This document shows positions 26,933-38,260 of a DNA stretch of 64,000 bases, piece by piece. Each line of letters begins with the position of its first letter. Positions within the stretch are counted from its first letter, which is position 1. A program made the translations under genes and the position numbers. Below the pieces are notes generated by a model. It ran no database searches. It was not told the origin of the DNA and saw only the letters and a list, made by a program, of their open reading frames with translations. Source of the stretch: Gonapodya sp. JEL0774 (taxonomy: Eukaryota); assembly GCA_027604505.1 (NCBI GenBank), contig JADIIX010000027.1, positions 124,001 to 188,000 on the forward strand, written 5' to 3'.

Positions 26933-27718
26933 ATGCGCCGCTTCATCCTGTGTCTGCTCATCGCCACACTCGCTCTTGTTCCTCTCCTTGCACGGGCTGA
27001 CGAGGGAGACGCGTGTACCTCGTATGAGTGCGGTCCTCCCACCCAAGTACCCCCACCACCACAAACCCTCGTCAAAAGGCAAGGATCGCCACCCTCGATG
27101 GGAACGTTCGAGTACACGTCACCGATGCGTGGAGGTAGGCACTGTTTCCGTTGTGTTTAGGGTACAGTGCACTAATTGATTTCCACCTCATCAGGACAAT
27201 GTGAGCTCAGCCGATTGTTCTTACTCATCGTGACCACGCTCACCTCTCTGTAATCCCCCCCCTTCCACCTCTTCCCTCTCTCCACTCTTAGACTATGTCT
27301 GCTGCCACCTCCGAATCTCTTGGAGATCTTCTGGCCGGGATACGGACATGGATCTCTGGGATTATTCCCACGATGTGCGTTACCTGTTGGTGGTGCTGAT
27401 CTGAGAGGTCACCGCGTTAACTCATAAGATTGCCAGACCAACTCTTGGAAGAAAATTGATCACGTGCGCAAGGGCGACAAGTCGTATGATTGGAACGTTC
27501 CCGTGAGTGCTTTTCTTGTACCTTCACAATTCTTCCCCCAACACCCGTGGTTTTCAGTGTGACTACAAATCCGGATGGCACATCCTTTGGGTAGGTTTTA
27601 AATGCCTCTTTTTGTGCACTTGCGCGCTTCATGCATTGGTGTACCTTGCTTTGCTTCCCTTCAGAACTCCGCTTCGGCGTCTCTCTCAGACTGGTACTAC
27701 TTGCACGAGAGGGTGTGA
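26933..27718 (+). CDS. Small secreted protein, Kre9/Knh1-like Ig-fold candidate (6 exons, one of 6 nt)
   Basis: Signal peptide MRRFILCLLIATLALVPLLARA and a Kex2-like site VKR. Phase-consistent splicing gives FEYTSPMRG|GQ|YYVCCHLRISWRSS..WDYSHD|TNSWKKIDHVRKGDKSYDWNVP|CDYKSGWHILW|NSAS..ERV*. The last exon is tentative. Confidence 0.55.
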
Positions 27719-28465
27719 GTTCAGTCGTGGGTACTACTTGCACAAAGAGTGTGAATTCGCACGTGAGAAATTGAAAAGAGGCGGAGGGCCGGGTGGTACA
27801 AAACAAAAGAAGATTCTTGCAGTCACCAGTGGTTTAGTTCAGTTTTAACCTTCCAACTTACAATGTGGTCTTTCAAAGCAATAACGAATCTTTTCATACT
27901 TTCTTTTGTATCTGATTCACGGATAACCCCTTTTGGGAAAATGAGAGCGAATAATCCTCTTTCGTTGCACACGTGAGAAATGATGACGCGTTACATTGCA
28001 ATGTGTGTTCGCCGTGGTACCCGTAATATGGAAATCATAGTTCATGTAGTTGCAAGGATTGATCAACTAAGCTTCTGTGACCAATATCTCATGACTGATA
28101 TAGTCCTCGTGAAGCAGTGAAGAGCAGCGAAGCATGTTGTGAATACAGTACCACACTCCAACGATTGTCACAAGGCAGAATCGTACGATTAGAACGTTTT
28201 CAGTTGTGTTTCCCCCTCACCATCCGCCTCGTGGTGACATTCCAACCGGCAAACTGGCCTTGACGAGGGTGATTCCAGATCAGGATGATAGTTCATTCTA
28301 AGCATTCATCGGACTACGCATAAAATGTTAACTTAATCAATTGTGCTTTCCCCTCGTTCATTTCTCATCCGAGTGAGCTATGAATTTCGCAGTTTTGATT
28401 TGTGCTCTAAAAGTCATAGCAAAGATCATCAAAGCGTCCCCCATCGGAAGGGTGAACATCATCTG

Positions 28466-31400
28466 ATGTACCCCAACTACTCACCATCGCTCAATCCACT
28501 AACAGTAAATACAGCTAATGAACTTGCCTCTTCTGGTCCAGAGCAACCATGGCCTGGGAGCGGTGCTAGTCCCGGCAGTATACTCAACCCTCCCACACCA
28601 AAGGAACTGCTGGAGGCACGTACACGGATGGCACAAAGTGGAGCTTCATGGATACTGTACCTGACCAGAGGTTTTCTGATACTGCTTGCAGGTGATTCAC
28701 GTTTCTGCTTAATGAAATCTTGACATTCAACTGGAGCTACGTGTCATCCGTCCGGCAAAAAAAGTATGTGTGCCGCTAGGTCTTGCATCATACTTGCTCG
28801 TGTCAATTTCAAGATCGGGCGGTGCATCGGTCGCGTCCTCGACCGTTTCCAACGCGACCAACACAACCAACACAACCAACAGTTCGGCTTACTCAATAAC
28901 GGCTCCGAACGGCTGGTTGATTAACTCTGGAGATAACAGCACTTCTGATTCGATGTCTCTGAATAGTACCGAGTCCACAACCTCGGGCTCGTCCAATTCT
29001 GCTTCTGCGAGCGACACCACTTCTTCCGCCGCACAATTCTATTGGCGGGATAATTTTACGTTTCCCGTCCGCACGACTTCCGTTCAAATAAACTTCACGG
29101 ATCCCTTTTCTTCACTCGCAAGGCTTGTTGGATCCACAGTAGTTAAGGGGGTCAGCTTTCCGTCCGATGTAGACCTCATTGCCGATATCGGACTGTCATC
29201 TGTCGCGTTCCAGGATAACAACATGGTGGCCACATTACAGACTAGCGTTGGAAAGGATTCTACAGAGCTGTGCTCAGGGTGCAGGTGCGGAGTCAAGCTT
29301 GTTGCGCCGTGGTTGATGCAGTACGGAACCTTCGAGATTGCCGCAGTTTTTCCACCATCTGTATGAGTTTTTTGAAGATATCTTCCTACATACAAGGCTG
29401 CTTACCTGGCTGATTTCTTTGGTAGAACATCTACGGCGGTGTATTTTCTATCACAATCACTTCGGATGATGTTCCGAGCACAGTATCCAATAGTTCCAAT
29501 GTCGATACGATCTCTCTGCACATCGGTAAATTCAGCGTCTGTCGACTTAGCCCGGAAAGTGCATGTCTAATTGTAATGCTGCCGAAAAGTTGACAGTTGT
29601 ACTTCCATTGCAAGTTTCGGTTATGTCGACACTTTGGGCTGGTCCTACACCACTTTTCAAGATGCAGATCCAACAAGTGGCGGTTGTCTAGCAGGCAACA
29701 GCCTGCACAATGTGAATTTTTCTGTTTGAAATTCTACCAACAACCAATTTCCTTACTCATTCCATTGTTAAACTCAGATCCAAATCGCCTGGCAGCCAAC
29801 TACGCTCAGATTTATCATCGATGGAGCAGTTTTACGCTCAGTGCCGATTCCTTCAGCCGCTAAGTGGAAGTTTCCACAGCGGCCATCGCTGGTATCCCTT
29901 CAGCTCTGGGATGGTTCATGCGGGACTCTCCCAATCGCTATGAGGAGTTGGTCAACATCTCAGAAGACAGTGAGAGCCTCTCTTATACCTCCACTTTTGC
30001 CGAACTTTTTATGTTCTTGGTGTTATAGACGGTTACTGACAACACATCTACCGTGGTGATGCAAATCGCGAAGATCGCATATAACCCAAGCACAGAGCTA
30101 GTTCCGATCACGCCTGTTCGGGGCGATCCCAATTACGTACCGTCTTCAATTATATCAGTGACACCGTCCACCATTGCAAAGGATCGCTTGAACCCAAGCA
30201 GCTCGTTCAATGGAGACGTCGATTTTGTTGACTTGATCGTTGAGTCGGGCTTTCGAGGAATAAATCAGGCCAACGGAGCTATAAATGCATCCCTTTTTAA
30301 CATAACCGGGAGTTCACAGCTGCAGTCTTGCTCTGCAGGTGTGATCGGTTGTGGGTGTTCAGTGAAGTTCGCTGCTCCAATCACCGTACAATACGGGACG
30401 GTATCCTTCGGTTTGTACATCCCTCCTATGCCTGGAACTGTCGTCAGCATAGTGTTAGTGTCATCGGCTGTGGATGGGAGCTCGGATGAGATTGATTTCC
30501 ACATTGGTGAGGACCTGCTCACTCCAGCCGGCAGAACTCCATCAGACAAGTCACGTATCCCCTTCCCTCTCTCTTCAGCCGGCGGATCCACTGCAATAAC
30601 AAATTACAATTATGTTGGAAGCCTTTTCCAATCTGCGCTTTCAAGAACCCATTCCCTCGCGGGTTTTAGTGTTGGAAGTGGCAATATGACTACAGTGAGT
30701 GCGATCGTGTTGATAACTTAGAATACCTTGCAAATCAGCTGAGCAATTGATGGCCAGGTTACAATTAACTGGACCCCGCAGAATGTGTCCTGGTCTGTGG
30801 GGGGAACTGTACTACGAACGATCAATGTCCCTGTCTCTGCACCCTTCAAAATTCCACAGAGACCGTTATCAGTGCTCCTCTCTTTCTGGGACGGATCGTG
30901 CCCGTCAAGTGACGCGACGACTCAAGCATGGTCGAACCCAAACGGACAGCGGGTGGTGAGGACTTTCTCTATTGCGTTCGACGTTCCACTGTGTCTCTGA
31001 TCGCTTGCTTAATGTCACGATTCCTAGGCCTTCACATCACCCATTCAGCTTGGTATTGCAAGCATTCAAATCCTCCCAATGACTGGTCCAGTGCCAGCGA
31101 TCGTGTTGTATAATACCACAACGAAACTTGGAACCACCATTGCAAGACCCTTCGATCCAGCCCGAGTCCTATCGGTCGCCAACTTTACGGGGGATGATAG
31201 TTTTGTTGATGTCCTCACGGACAGTCTCACCGCTTCTCAAGTTTTTGTCAACAACAGTAACAGTGGCAATCTCGAGGTGACCTTGCTTGCCCCTGGAAAC
31301 TGTTCTGTCATCACTGCATGCGGGTGTGGTACAACATCAACCTTCCCTTATAGCAACATGCAACTCTTTGGGAACGTCACAGTTAATGCAACGGTCGCAA

Positions 31401-33749
31401 TGGGATCCGGAATCGTGACGGCACTCAGGTTTCAAACAATCGGAACGAATGAAACAATCGAATATGAAATCGCGAACGGCGTCATCCGAACCTTCTTCTA
31501 CACATATGTGGAGGGGTTTCCAGAGCCGAACACGCAAAAGTGGCTGGCGACATTCACAAGGAATACGACGGGGATGCACCAGGTGGGAGTGTGGTTTCGC
31601 TTGCGCGGTAGTTCATTGGTATCATATTGTTTTATCGATGGGCTTCTTCCCTCAGTATGGTATCGCGTGGACTGCAGGTTGCTAGCCGATCGTTTTGAAG
31701 AAGCATTGAAGTAATCCTGACTCGCATTTGTTCTGCCAGATGCAATTTTGTGGACGTATGACGGTGTTAACCTAAGAACGGAGCTGCGAGTAAACCGCGC
31801 CTACTGGAAGTTTCCTGTTCGAAGAAAAACTGTAACATTACAGGTGTACGATGGAGGCTGCCCCGGAAGTCCAGCAACTGTCAGAGCCTGGGCGGGCAAC
31901 TCTGTGGGTGATAGAAGATCGATCTTACTAGGAAAGCTCATCTCGATTGCACTGCATTGATGAATTATGCTATCAGACTTGGAGCAAGCTGCCGGCGGTT
32001 GTTAAGACGGTCGTGTCTATGGTGAACTTCAGTTTCCCAAGTAACATGACACCTTACTCGCCCCCTTCTTACCTGCCCGGTAAATCTACCGTGATGTACG
32101 CTGCGTAATGCGATGGTGGACAGTGGACCTTTTCTTTTCAATTTCAGATGCCAAAGGTGTCTTGGCATACGCACCAGCTTGGCAGTGAGTAAAGATTGGC
32201 TTTGTCCACGTCCTGCTATTCAGCTGAACCAGCTTTTTTAACTAGAGAGATTGCCGACTTTGATTACAGCGGAATTTCTTATATGACTTACTTTGCAATG
32301 AGGTAACAGAGCGATACACTGTCGACCAGCATTCTTCCTTTGAAGTTTGTCTTCTAGCTGCGACTCTTCCGGAAATATCATTAGTCTTTATGATTCTTGG
32401 GCATTAAGAGGAGGGGGATATCTCGCAGCGGACTTTGCACCACTGGTGAGATAAAATGCGTCACCTCCGAACCATTGCGCGTTCCTGAGCACAAATTTCG
32501 ATTTAGCCCATTGGTAGACTCGCACAAACTATATTCCTAAAACGATTCTACCCTGGATTGAAGGTCCTGCTTGGATTTGCTACTGATCTCTCTCCTTGTG
32601 CAACAGCCTCCGTCCGGGGCACCTTTATTCAGAACGGTAAGTGCGTTTTCTTTTCTCTTTCGCTTCTTCAACCCTCAACTTCGTATCAAAAGTGCAAACT
32701 CTTCTTGCTGCGGGCTGGGACGGCATCGATATGGACTGGGAGCATCACCCGAACTCTGATATGGGTGATTCTCGAAGCACGCGCGGAGTGGAGTCGCGTC
32801 GGCACCATATTTACATACGAGCATCCTGTTGGTTTATGTTTAGGTCCGTTTATGTTGGCGGTACGCGCAGCGGTGCCGTCGCCAATGATATTGGCCACTG
32901 ATGTCTTCGGAGGTGTCGGGAACTGGCCAGGTTGGGACACCTTCAAAGCGTCTTTGGACTTTGTGGGTTAACTTTGTGCGGCTCGGCTTCATCATCACCG
33001 CGGAGCTAATCTCAACAACTAGGTCAACGTCATGTCGTATTCCGTAAGCATGATTTGGATGCTTGGATTCATCGAGAGTTATTCCAATACACACATTCTG
33101 TGCAGACAAGCATCGTTAGTACAGGAAGTAGCATTCAATCCTACATCACTAGTCTCGGGAGTCCTAGCAAAGTACGGCCAGGTCAATGGGCGTGAGTATC
33201 GATAAGTCGGAGAATACCCATCAACAATGCTTACACGATACTAATATGTTCAATAGTGCGGCAATCACCAACTGGCCAAGCCTACGCACAACGGGCAAGA
33301 TTGGCCCCCCACCTTTTTTTATCAATTTAACCAGTCCGTACACCTACGACAACGTCACTTATGCAGAGAATATTACCGGAACTGTGTATTGCGGTGAGCG
33401 ATTTGCGAAAGAGGTTGGCTTCGTGCGCAATCGAAAACGCAGTGCATTGCTGTTAGGCTACACGTGCATGGCCGCCAGAGTGCAGTGGCTGAAACAAAAG
33501 GGCTGTGGTGAGTAACGTTTCGGTCGTCACACTTGCATTTTCTGTTGTTAAACGTCCCTGACCGCTCTTCTCGCCTCAGCCGGTTGGATGGTTTTCCACA
33601 TCGGTAATGATTACCAAACCGAGTGGACACAGCAGGTGCGTTTCTCTGAAGTCCGTCCCGCGCCAAAATGGAAATTTGGTTGATTGGTGTTATGGGCTCT
33701 CCACAAGCTCGCCGCACTGACGCGCGACGCATTTCCACAAGGATCATGA
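28466..33749 (+). CDS. Membrane-anchored multidomain glycosidase: TM + S/T/N linker + three Crh-like GH16 domains + GH18 chitinase-like domain
   Basis: Three repeats carry QYGT/LFGN, DTISLH/DEIDFH/ETIEYE, W-K-F/I-P-Q/V-R and LWDGSC/FWDGSC/VYDGGC..W. These are followed by GWDGIDMDWE (GH18 DxxDxDxE), VNVMSY and GWMVFHIG. There are many short exons, and not every junction was verified. Confidence 0.72.
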
Positions 33750-33945
33750 TTGGGGTGCTATTTAAACATTACAAATCCCTGTGTATCTATTTATGCATTG
33801 CACGTGCGTTTCCTTTCCTGGCAACATATGAACATATGTGTACATATATTGATTGACGTCGTTTTATGAATACCCGTTGACGGCATTACTCGACACCTGG
33901 TTCTCCATGTCAAAACCACACATCCGAGTGTAATCCATATTCTCT

Positions 33946-34269
33946 TTACTTGGGAGACCGCTCAGTCTTCTCCCACTCTCTCCATAGCCCTCTACATGCC
34001 TCGCTGTCCTCGCCTTGTGCCCGAACTCGTCGACAGCAGTCATGGAGTGCCCGAACCTTATCTTCGCACTTAGCTTGGTCGTAGTTGGTGTTGACGAGAC
34101 AGGATTGTATGGCGCAGGACTTGGTGGTGCCGGGGGGTGGGGGAAAAGGGTGATGATTAGTCCAACCCCATGCCAATGAAAAGGAGCGAGCGGGTGGGGA
34201 GGATGCGAGACGCACCTCGGCTTGGCAGTTGTAGAGGTATTTTTTCTTTTTATTCTGTGTCGAATTCAT
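33946..34269 (-). CDS. CMC4: Cx9C mitochondrial intermembrane-space protein Cmc4/MTCP1(p8)
   Basis: NCQAE|SCAIQSCLVNTNYDQAKCEDKVRALHDCC..SEAC matches the Cmc4 cysteine pattern, with one intron. Confidence 0.85.
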   Translation of the reverse strand: MNSTQNKKKKYLYNCQAEVRLASSPPARSFSLAWGWTNHHPFPPPPGTTKSCAIQSCLVNTNYDQAKCEDKVRALHDCCRRVRAQGEDSEACRGLWREWEKTERSPK

Positions 34270-34673
34270 TGCGACATGGATCGTGGATGGTGTCGGTCGC
34301 GTGGGTAACTGTTCACAGATTCGTTTTTTCAAAGATCACCTTGTTAGTTGAAAGGTTACTAAAGCCCTCTGTCTGGACGACTGATATTCAAAAGTCTGAG
34401 TCGTTTCATGTATTCACCAAAGGCAGTGACCACCCCACAACGAGAACAATGAAACGAAGCTGTGTGCATTCCTGATCCTGAATACATAAAACTGATGCTC
34501 GCGATCATAGGTGCACATGCAATTGCACATCACACGCGTTACAAGTACAGTACGGTTCCAAACATAAATACACAGCCTCCGATCCGTACCAACCTTCGAC
34601 GTCTTTCCTCGTCCCGCCCTTTCTACCCATGGCAGTCTCCGAGGCTCGCGCATCTCACCCAACCCCGCACCCC

Positions 34674-36185
34674 TTATCTCACCAGCTCTGGCCCACAGAA
34701 GGCACACACCCATATCCTTTCAATCACACTGCTGCCTCTCTCAGACCTCTCCCCGTCACCGCCTGTCGTTCTTGCCATCATCGCTCCAAACGATGAGGTG
34801 AGGTAGAACCCGCCCGCGGCTTCCGTCATGGCGCCGAGGCCGGACGAGGAACTTCGGCCACTTGCGACATGCTGTGTCGGTTGCATCGTCACCGACTGTG
34901 GGTCGGAGGTCGTGCAAAATTGGCAGGGCGCGCGGCAATCGCAGTAGCCACATCGGAGAACTGGGCACCAGGGAGCTGGAGGGGAGCGGAGGGGGTCGGT
35001 TGTAGTCGTGCTGGTGGTGGTTCCACTTCCGAGCTGGGGAGGTGCAGGCTGATTGGGAGTCCCACCACTGACACCAGCAGCACCACCTCCGCCGAACCTT
35101 CTCGCGACCGCCGGAGTACCGACCGCGCGAGGACAGAGGTGATCGTATCTGCCGCAACGGGGGCATTGGTTTTCGTACGGGCCTGCTTCGAGGCCGGGTA
35201 TAGGGCGGGAGCAGAGGCGGCATGGGCGGGGGAGGGAGAGATGGAGGGAGGCGTAGCGAGGTGTGGTGGGTGCCACGGTGGGTGCCACAACGTTGGAAGT
35301 AGCAAACTGAGAACTGGAATAGCCGGAACCAGAACCAGGAGTTCCTTCAGATACGGCGTTTGAAGTGGTGGACAAGGGGCCGGTGTGTTCTAGGTCCGAG
35401 TGTTGGCCCGCCGGGGCAGGTGCAGAAGGAAGAGGCGGGTAGAGGAAAGGGTGGAGGAAGGTGTTGATGTGGTCTTGGCGGTCTGGGTCCATTGGTGGTA
35501 TAGGGACACGCAGTGGCCGTGCGTCAATGACAAAATGGTCGTGTGTGGCCCACGTGGTGCCTGTGTTTGGAGGGCCTGTGGCGGTGCAACCTGTGCAGTC
35601 GAGAACAGGGATAGCGGCAAGGTGGGAGAGGAGGGAGTCGGGATGGAGGTCGAGTGAGATCCAAATTGAGGAACAGAAAGCGAGGTATAGTGCATGGAGA
35701 GTGGTGCGATAAAGGGTTGAGGAAGTAGTAGCTGGATCGGCAGGGCTGCCCGGGACTGAGGGAAGTGTTGTGGACGCCAGAATGGACCAGAGACACTTGG
35801 ATGTGACGGAAAAGCAGTAGTCGAGTCTGACTGTGCGGAGACCGGTTATTCCCCCATGCTTGACAAGCCGAGCGAGGAGTGATTCCACAACAGAATCGGA
35901 GACTTGGTCGAGGCGGAGGCGACCTTGGTTGTCGTGCAGGAACTGAGCAGCATAGAAATCGATCCCGTAGACGGACCAAAGCTGTGAGTCCGAAAAGACA
36001 GCGACCGAGAGAGCGCGGGAAGATGCCGCGACGTTGAGTAGGGAGGGGAGAGACGGGCGGGTGTGCTGGAGCACGAGCGAGAGGAGCTCCGGTGGGAGCG
36101 AAAGCAGCGATGGCGGTGAAGGCGTGGGGCAGTCGATCGATGGGGTCGATGGGATCGATTCGGCGTTTGTGAGTTTTGTCGTCAT
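34674..36185 (-). CDS. F-box protein with LRR-like middle and Cys-rich C-terminus
   Basis: 503-aa ORF with LLSLPPELLSLVLQH..LLNVAASSRAL (F-box), LRTVRLDYCFSVT (LRR-like) and multiple CxxC pairs (CRLC, CPRC, CGYC, CQFC, CAFC). Confidence 0.75.
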   Translation of the reverse strand: MTTKLTNAESIPSTPSIDCPTPSPPSLLSLPPELLSLVLQHTRPSLPSLLNVAASSRALSVAVFSDSQLWSVYGIDFYAAQFLHDNQGRLRLDQVSDSVVESLLARLVKHGGITGLRTVRLDYCFSVTSKCLWSILASTTLPSVPGSPADPATTSSTLYRTTLHALYLAFCSSIWISLDLHPDSLLSHLAAIPVLDCTGCTATGPPNTGTTWATHDHFVIDARPLRVPIPPMDPDRQDHINTFLHPFLYPPLPSAPAPAGQHSDLEHTGPLSTTSNAVSEGTPGSGSGYSSSQFATSNVVAPTVAPTTPRYASLHLSLPRPCRLCSRPIPGLEAGPYENQCPRCGRYDHLCPRAVGTPAVARRFGGGGAAGVSGGTPNQPAPPQLGSGTTTSTTTTDPLRSPPAPWCPVLRCGYCDCRAPCQFCTTSDPQSVTMQPTQHVASGRSSSSGLGAMTEAAGGFYLTSSFGAMMARTTGGDGERSERGSSVIERIWVCAFCGPELVR

Positions 36186-36610
36186 CGACTAAGGAGCGCG
36201 TTTTTGTGGTTGATCGCCCGATTGTGCGGGGAGGTAAATGAAGTGAGAAATGGTCACCAGGAACACGAAACAGCCTCATCGAAGTCCATCCAAAGATATG
36301 ACAAGGTACGTACATACAGAAACGAATAACAGAAAAAAACTCGTATCCTCGCTCTTTCGGCGACTGCTTCCTTTCTGTATAGCTGCTGGGGAGTTGTTGA
36401 GATTAACATGTAATATTGGATTGCCAGATGATCCGTCTGACGGCAATCTCAACAAAGCTTGTTCACTGTTGGGGATCACTTTGCATTCTCAAGTCAATTA
36501 ATTTTATGTATGTACGTGCTTAGCGCATCTGCATTTGAGCGGAGCATGATAAATGTTGAGTTGTTGAGCGCAGAAACCAACAACTTCGAAGACCTTTCAG
36601 AACCGCTTCC

Positions 36611-37937
36611 ATGCACTCCACCGCGAATCCACCGTCCGCTCCTCCTCCGGCCCCGTACTCCCTCCATCCCCACACTGCTACCATACTATCATCGCTTCCT
36701 TGTCGCCCAGTCTCCTCCTTCGAACTCGAAATCGCCCTCAGGAATGCGAAACCCACGACGACCGCACAGAACGTTGTCGGCAGCCAGACCGCGAATGCGA
36801 ACGGGTCTGATGGAGACTACGTGGATTCTTTCATCGCCGAAGCCGTGCGGAATGGCTTACTGTGAGGACTCTTGGACGGGAGCAGAGTGTAAATGCGGTG
36901 GTTTGCCCACAGTCTCCAGATTTGATTCGAGCCCGTTTCCTAAATTTCCCCGCATATATCCCGATGGTCATTTCAACATCACATCACTGTTTCCATAACA
37001 TTTCCGAAACGTGGGGTCCCACGGCTTCCTCCTACTCATACACTTGCTCACTCTTCTCAGCACCTCTTTCGCCAAACGGACCACCACTTTCTATGTCGTC
37101 CACCACCCCACACCACCACCAATAGACTTATCGCCCCCCACCTCGTCCGCCGCTGAACCCCCATTTCCACCTGCACCCACCCAACTTGACATTGCGCCAG
37201 GACCCACCACTCCAAATCCTCCAACACCCCCACCCACCACCATCATCCACACGTCGGACGATCCCGCCACCATTGACTCACTCAAATCCACCCTCGTTGA
37301 CGAGATCGCGGCGCTGAAGGCCCGTCTTGCCGAGTTGAAGGAGGAGGAACGGGAGGTCGGTCGCGGATGGAACCGGTGGGTGAAGAAACGGGTTGCAGCT
37401 CAGATGATTTACGAAATATCACAGAAAGGAGTGGGCTTGTGGGCACGGAGAGAGGTGGAAGTAACTTCCAATCTGGATTCTCACGTTTTAGAAGTGAATC
37501 AGTGGTTGCGGAACTCGATACTGCGGCGTCTCTTATTTCTGTCATTGATGTGACCGGACCGACCCCTTGTACCATCCCCTCTCCCTCCACCGATTTCCAC
37601 CAAACAACGCCCCGCGACCAAAGGCCGAACGACATCGACGCCGCCTTCACATCACGGATCCAGTCTTTACACGACTACAACGAGCTCAAGGATCTCGGGG
37701 TGAGTTTGAGGATTCGAACCGAGTTCATCGCTCTAGCCACCAACCTCCAGCCTGTGCTCCTCCATATCTCACCTGGACTCTGTTTCAAACCGCCTGCCTT
37801 ACATCCTACACTCCCACTAACACACGATAACAATACCTCATTCTTTGCAGCAATCGCTCCTTGGGAAGCTCGCCGAGCTCGAAGGCGTCACCACGCGTGA
37901 CATGTACGCGAGGTACGGAATGGACGTTGACGATTGA
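36611..37937 (+). CDS. SAE3: Swi5/Sae3 recombination mediator homologue with N-terminal extension
   Basis: The C-terminal IQSLHDYNELKDLG|QSLLGKLAELEGVTTRDMYARYGMDVDD* is the Swi5/Sae3 signature. It is preceded by a coiled coil (EIAALKARLAELKEEE) and a Pro-rich exon. Upstream exons are tentative. Confidence 0.82.
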
Positions 37938-38260
37938 GGATTGCAAAAGGCAGATAAACCCGAGAAGATATCGCTGCCTGTCACTCGACCGTGTCTGCGG
38001 TGGTAGGTGGCTGTATGCAATGAGACTTGTGTGCACTATGCAGGTGTCTGCAAGCTGTGTCGGAAATAAATCCGTGAGGCCAGTCTAGCCACTTGACTTT
38101 GAACAACTCCACCGAATGCCTGGGTTTGGTATTATCATGTTATTTGGAGAGTCTACCGGAAACGCGGGTTGAGGAAACAATTTTGTAGTTTATTTCACCC
38201 TTTTCTGTACATCAATGTACAGATATGTCACCAATAAGAAAGTTCCGTCATGGCGGCAAT

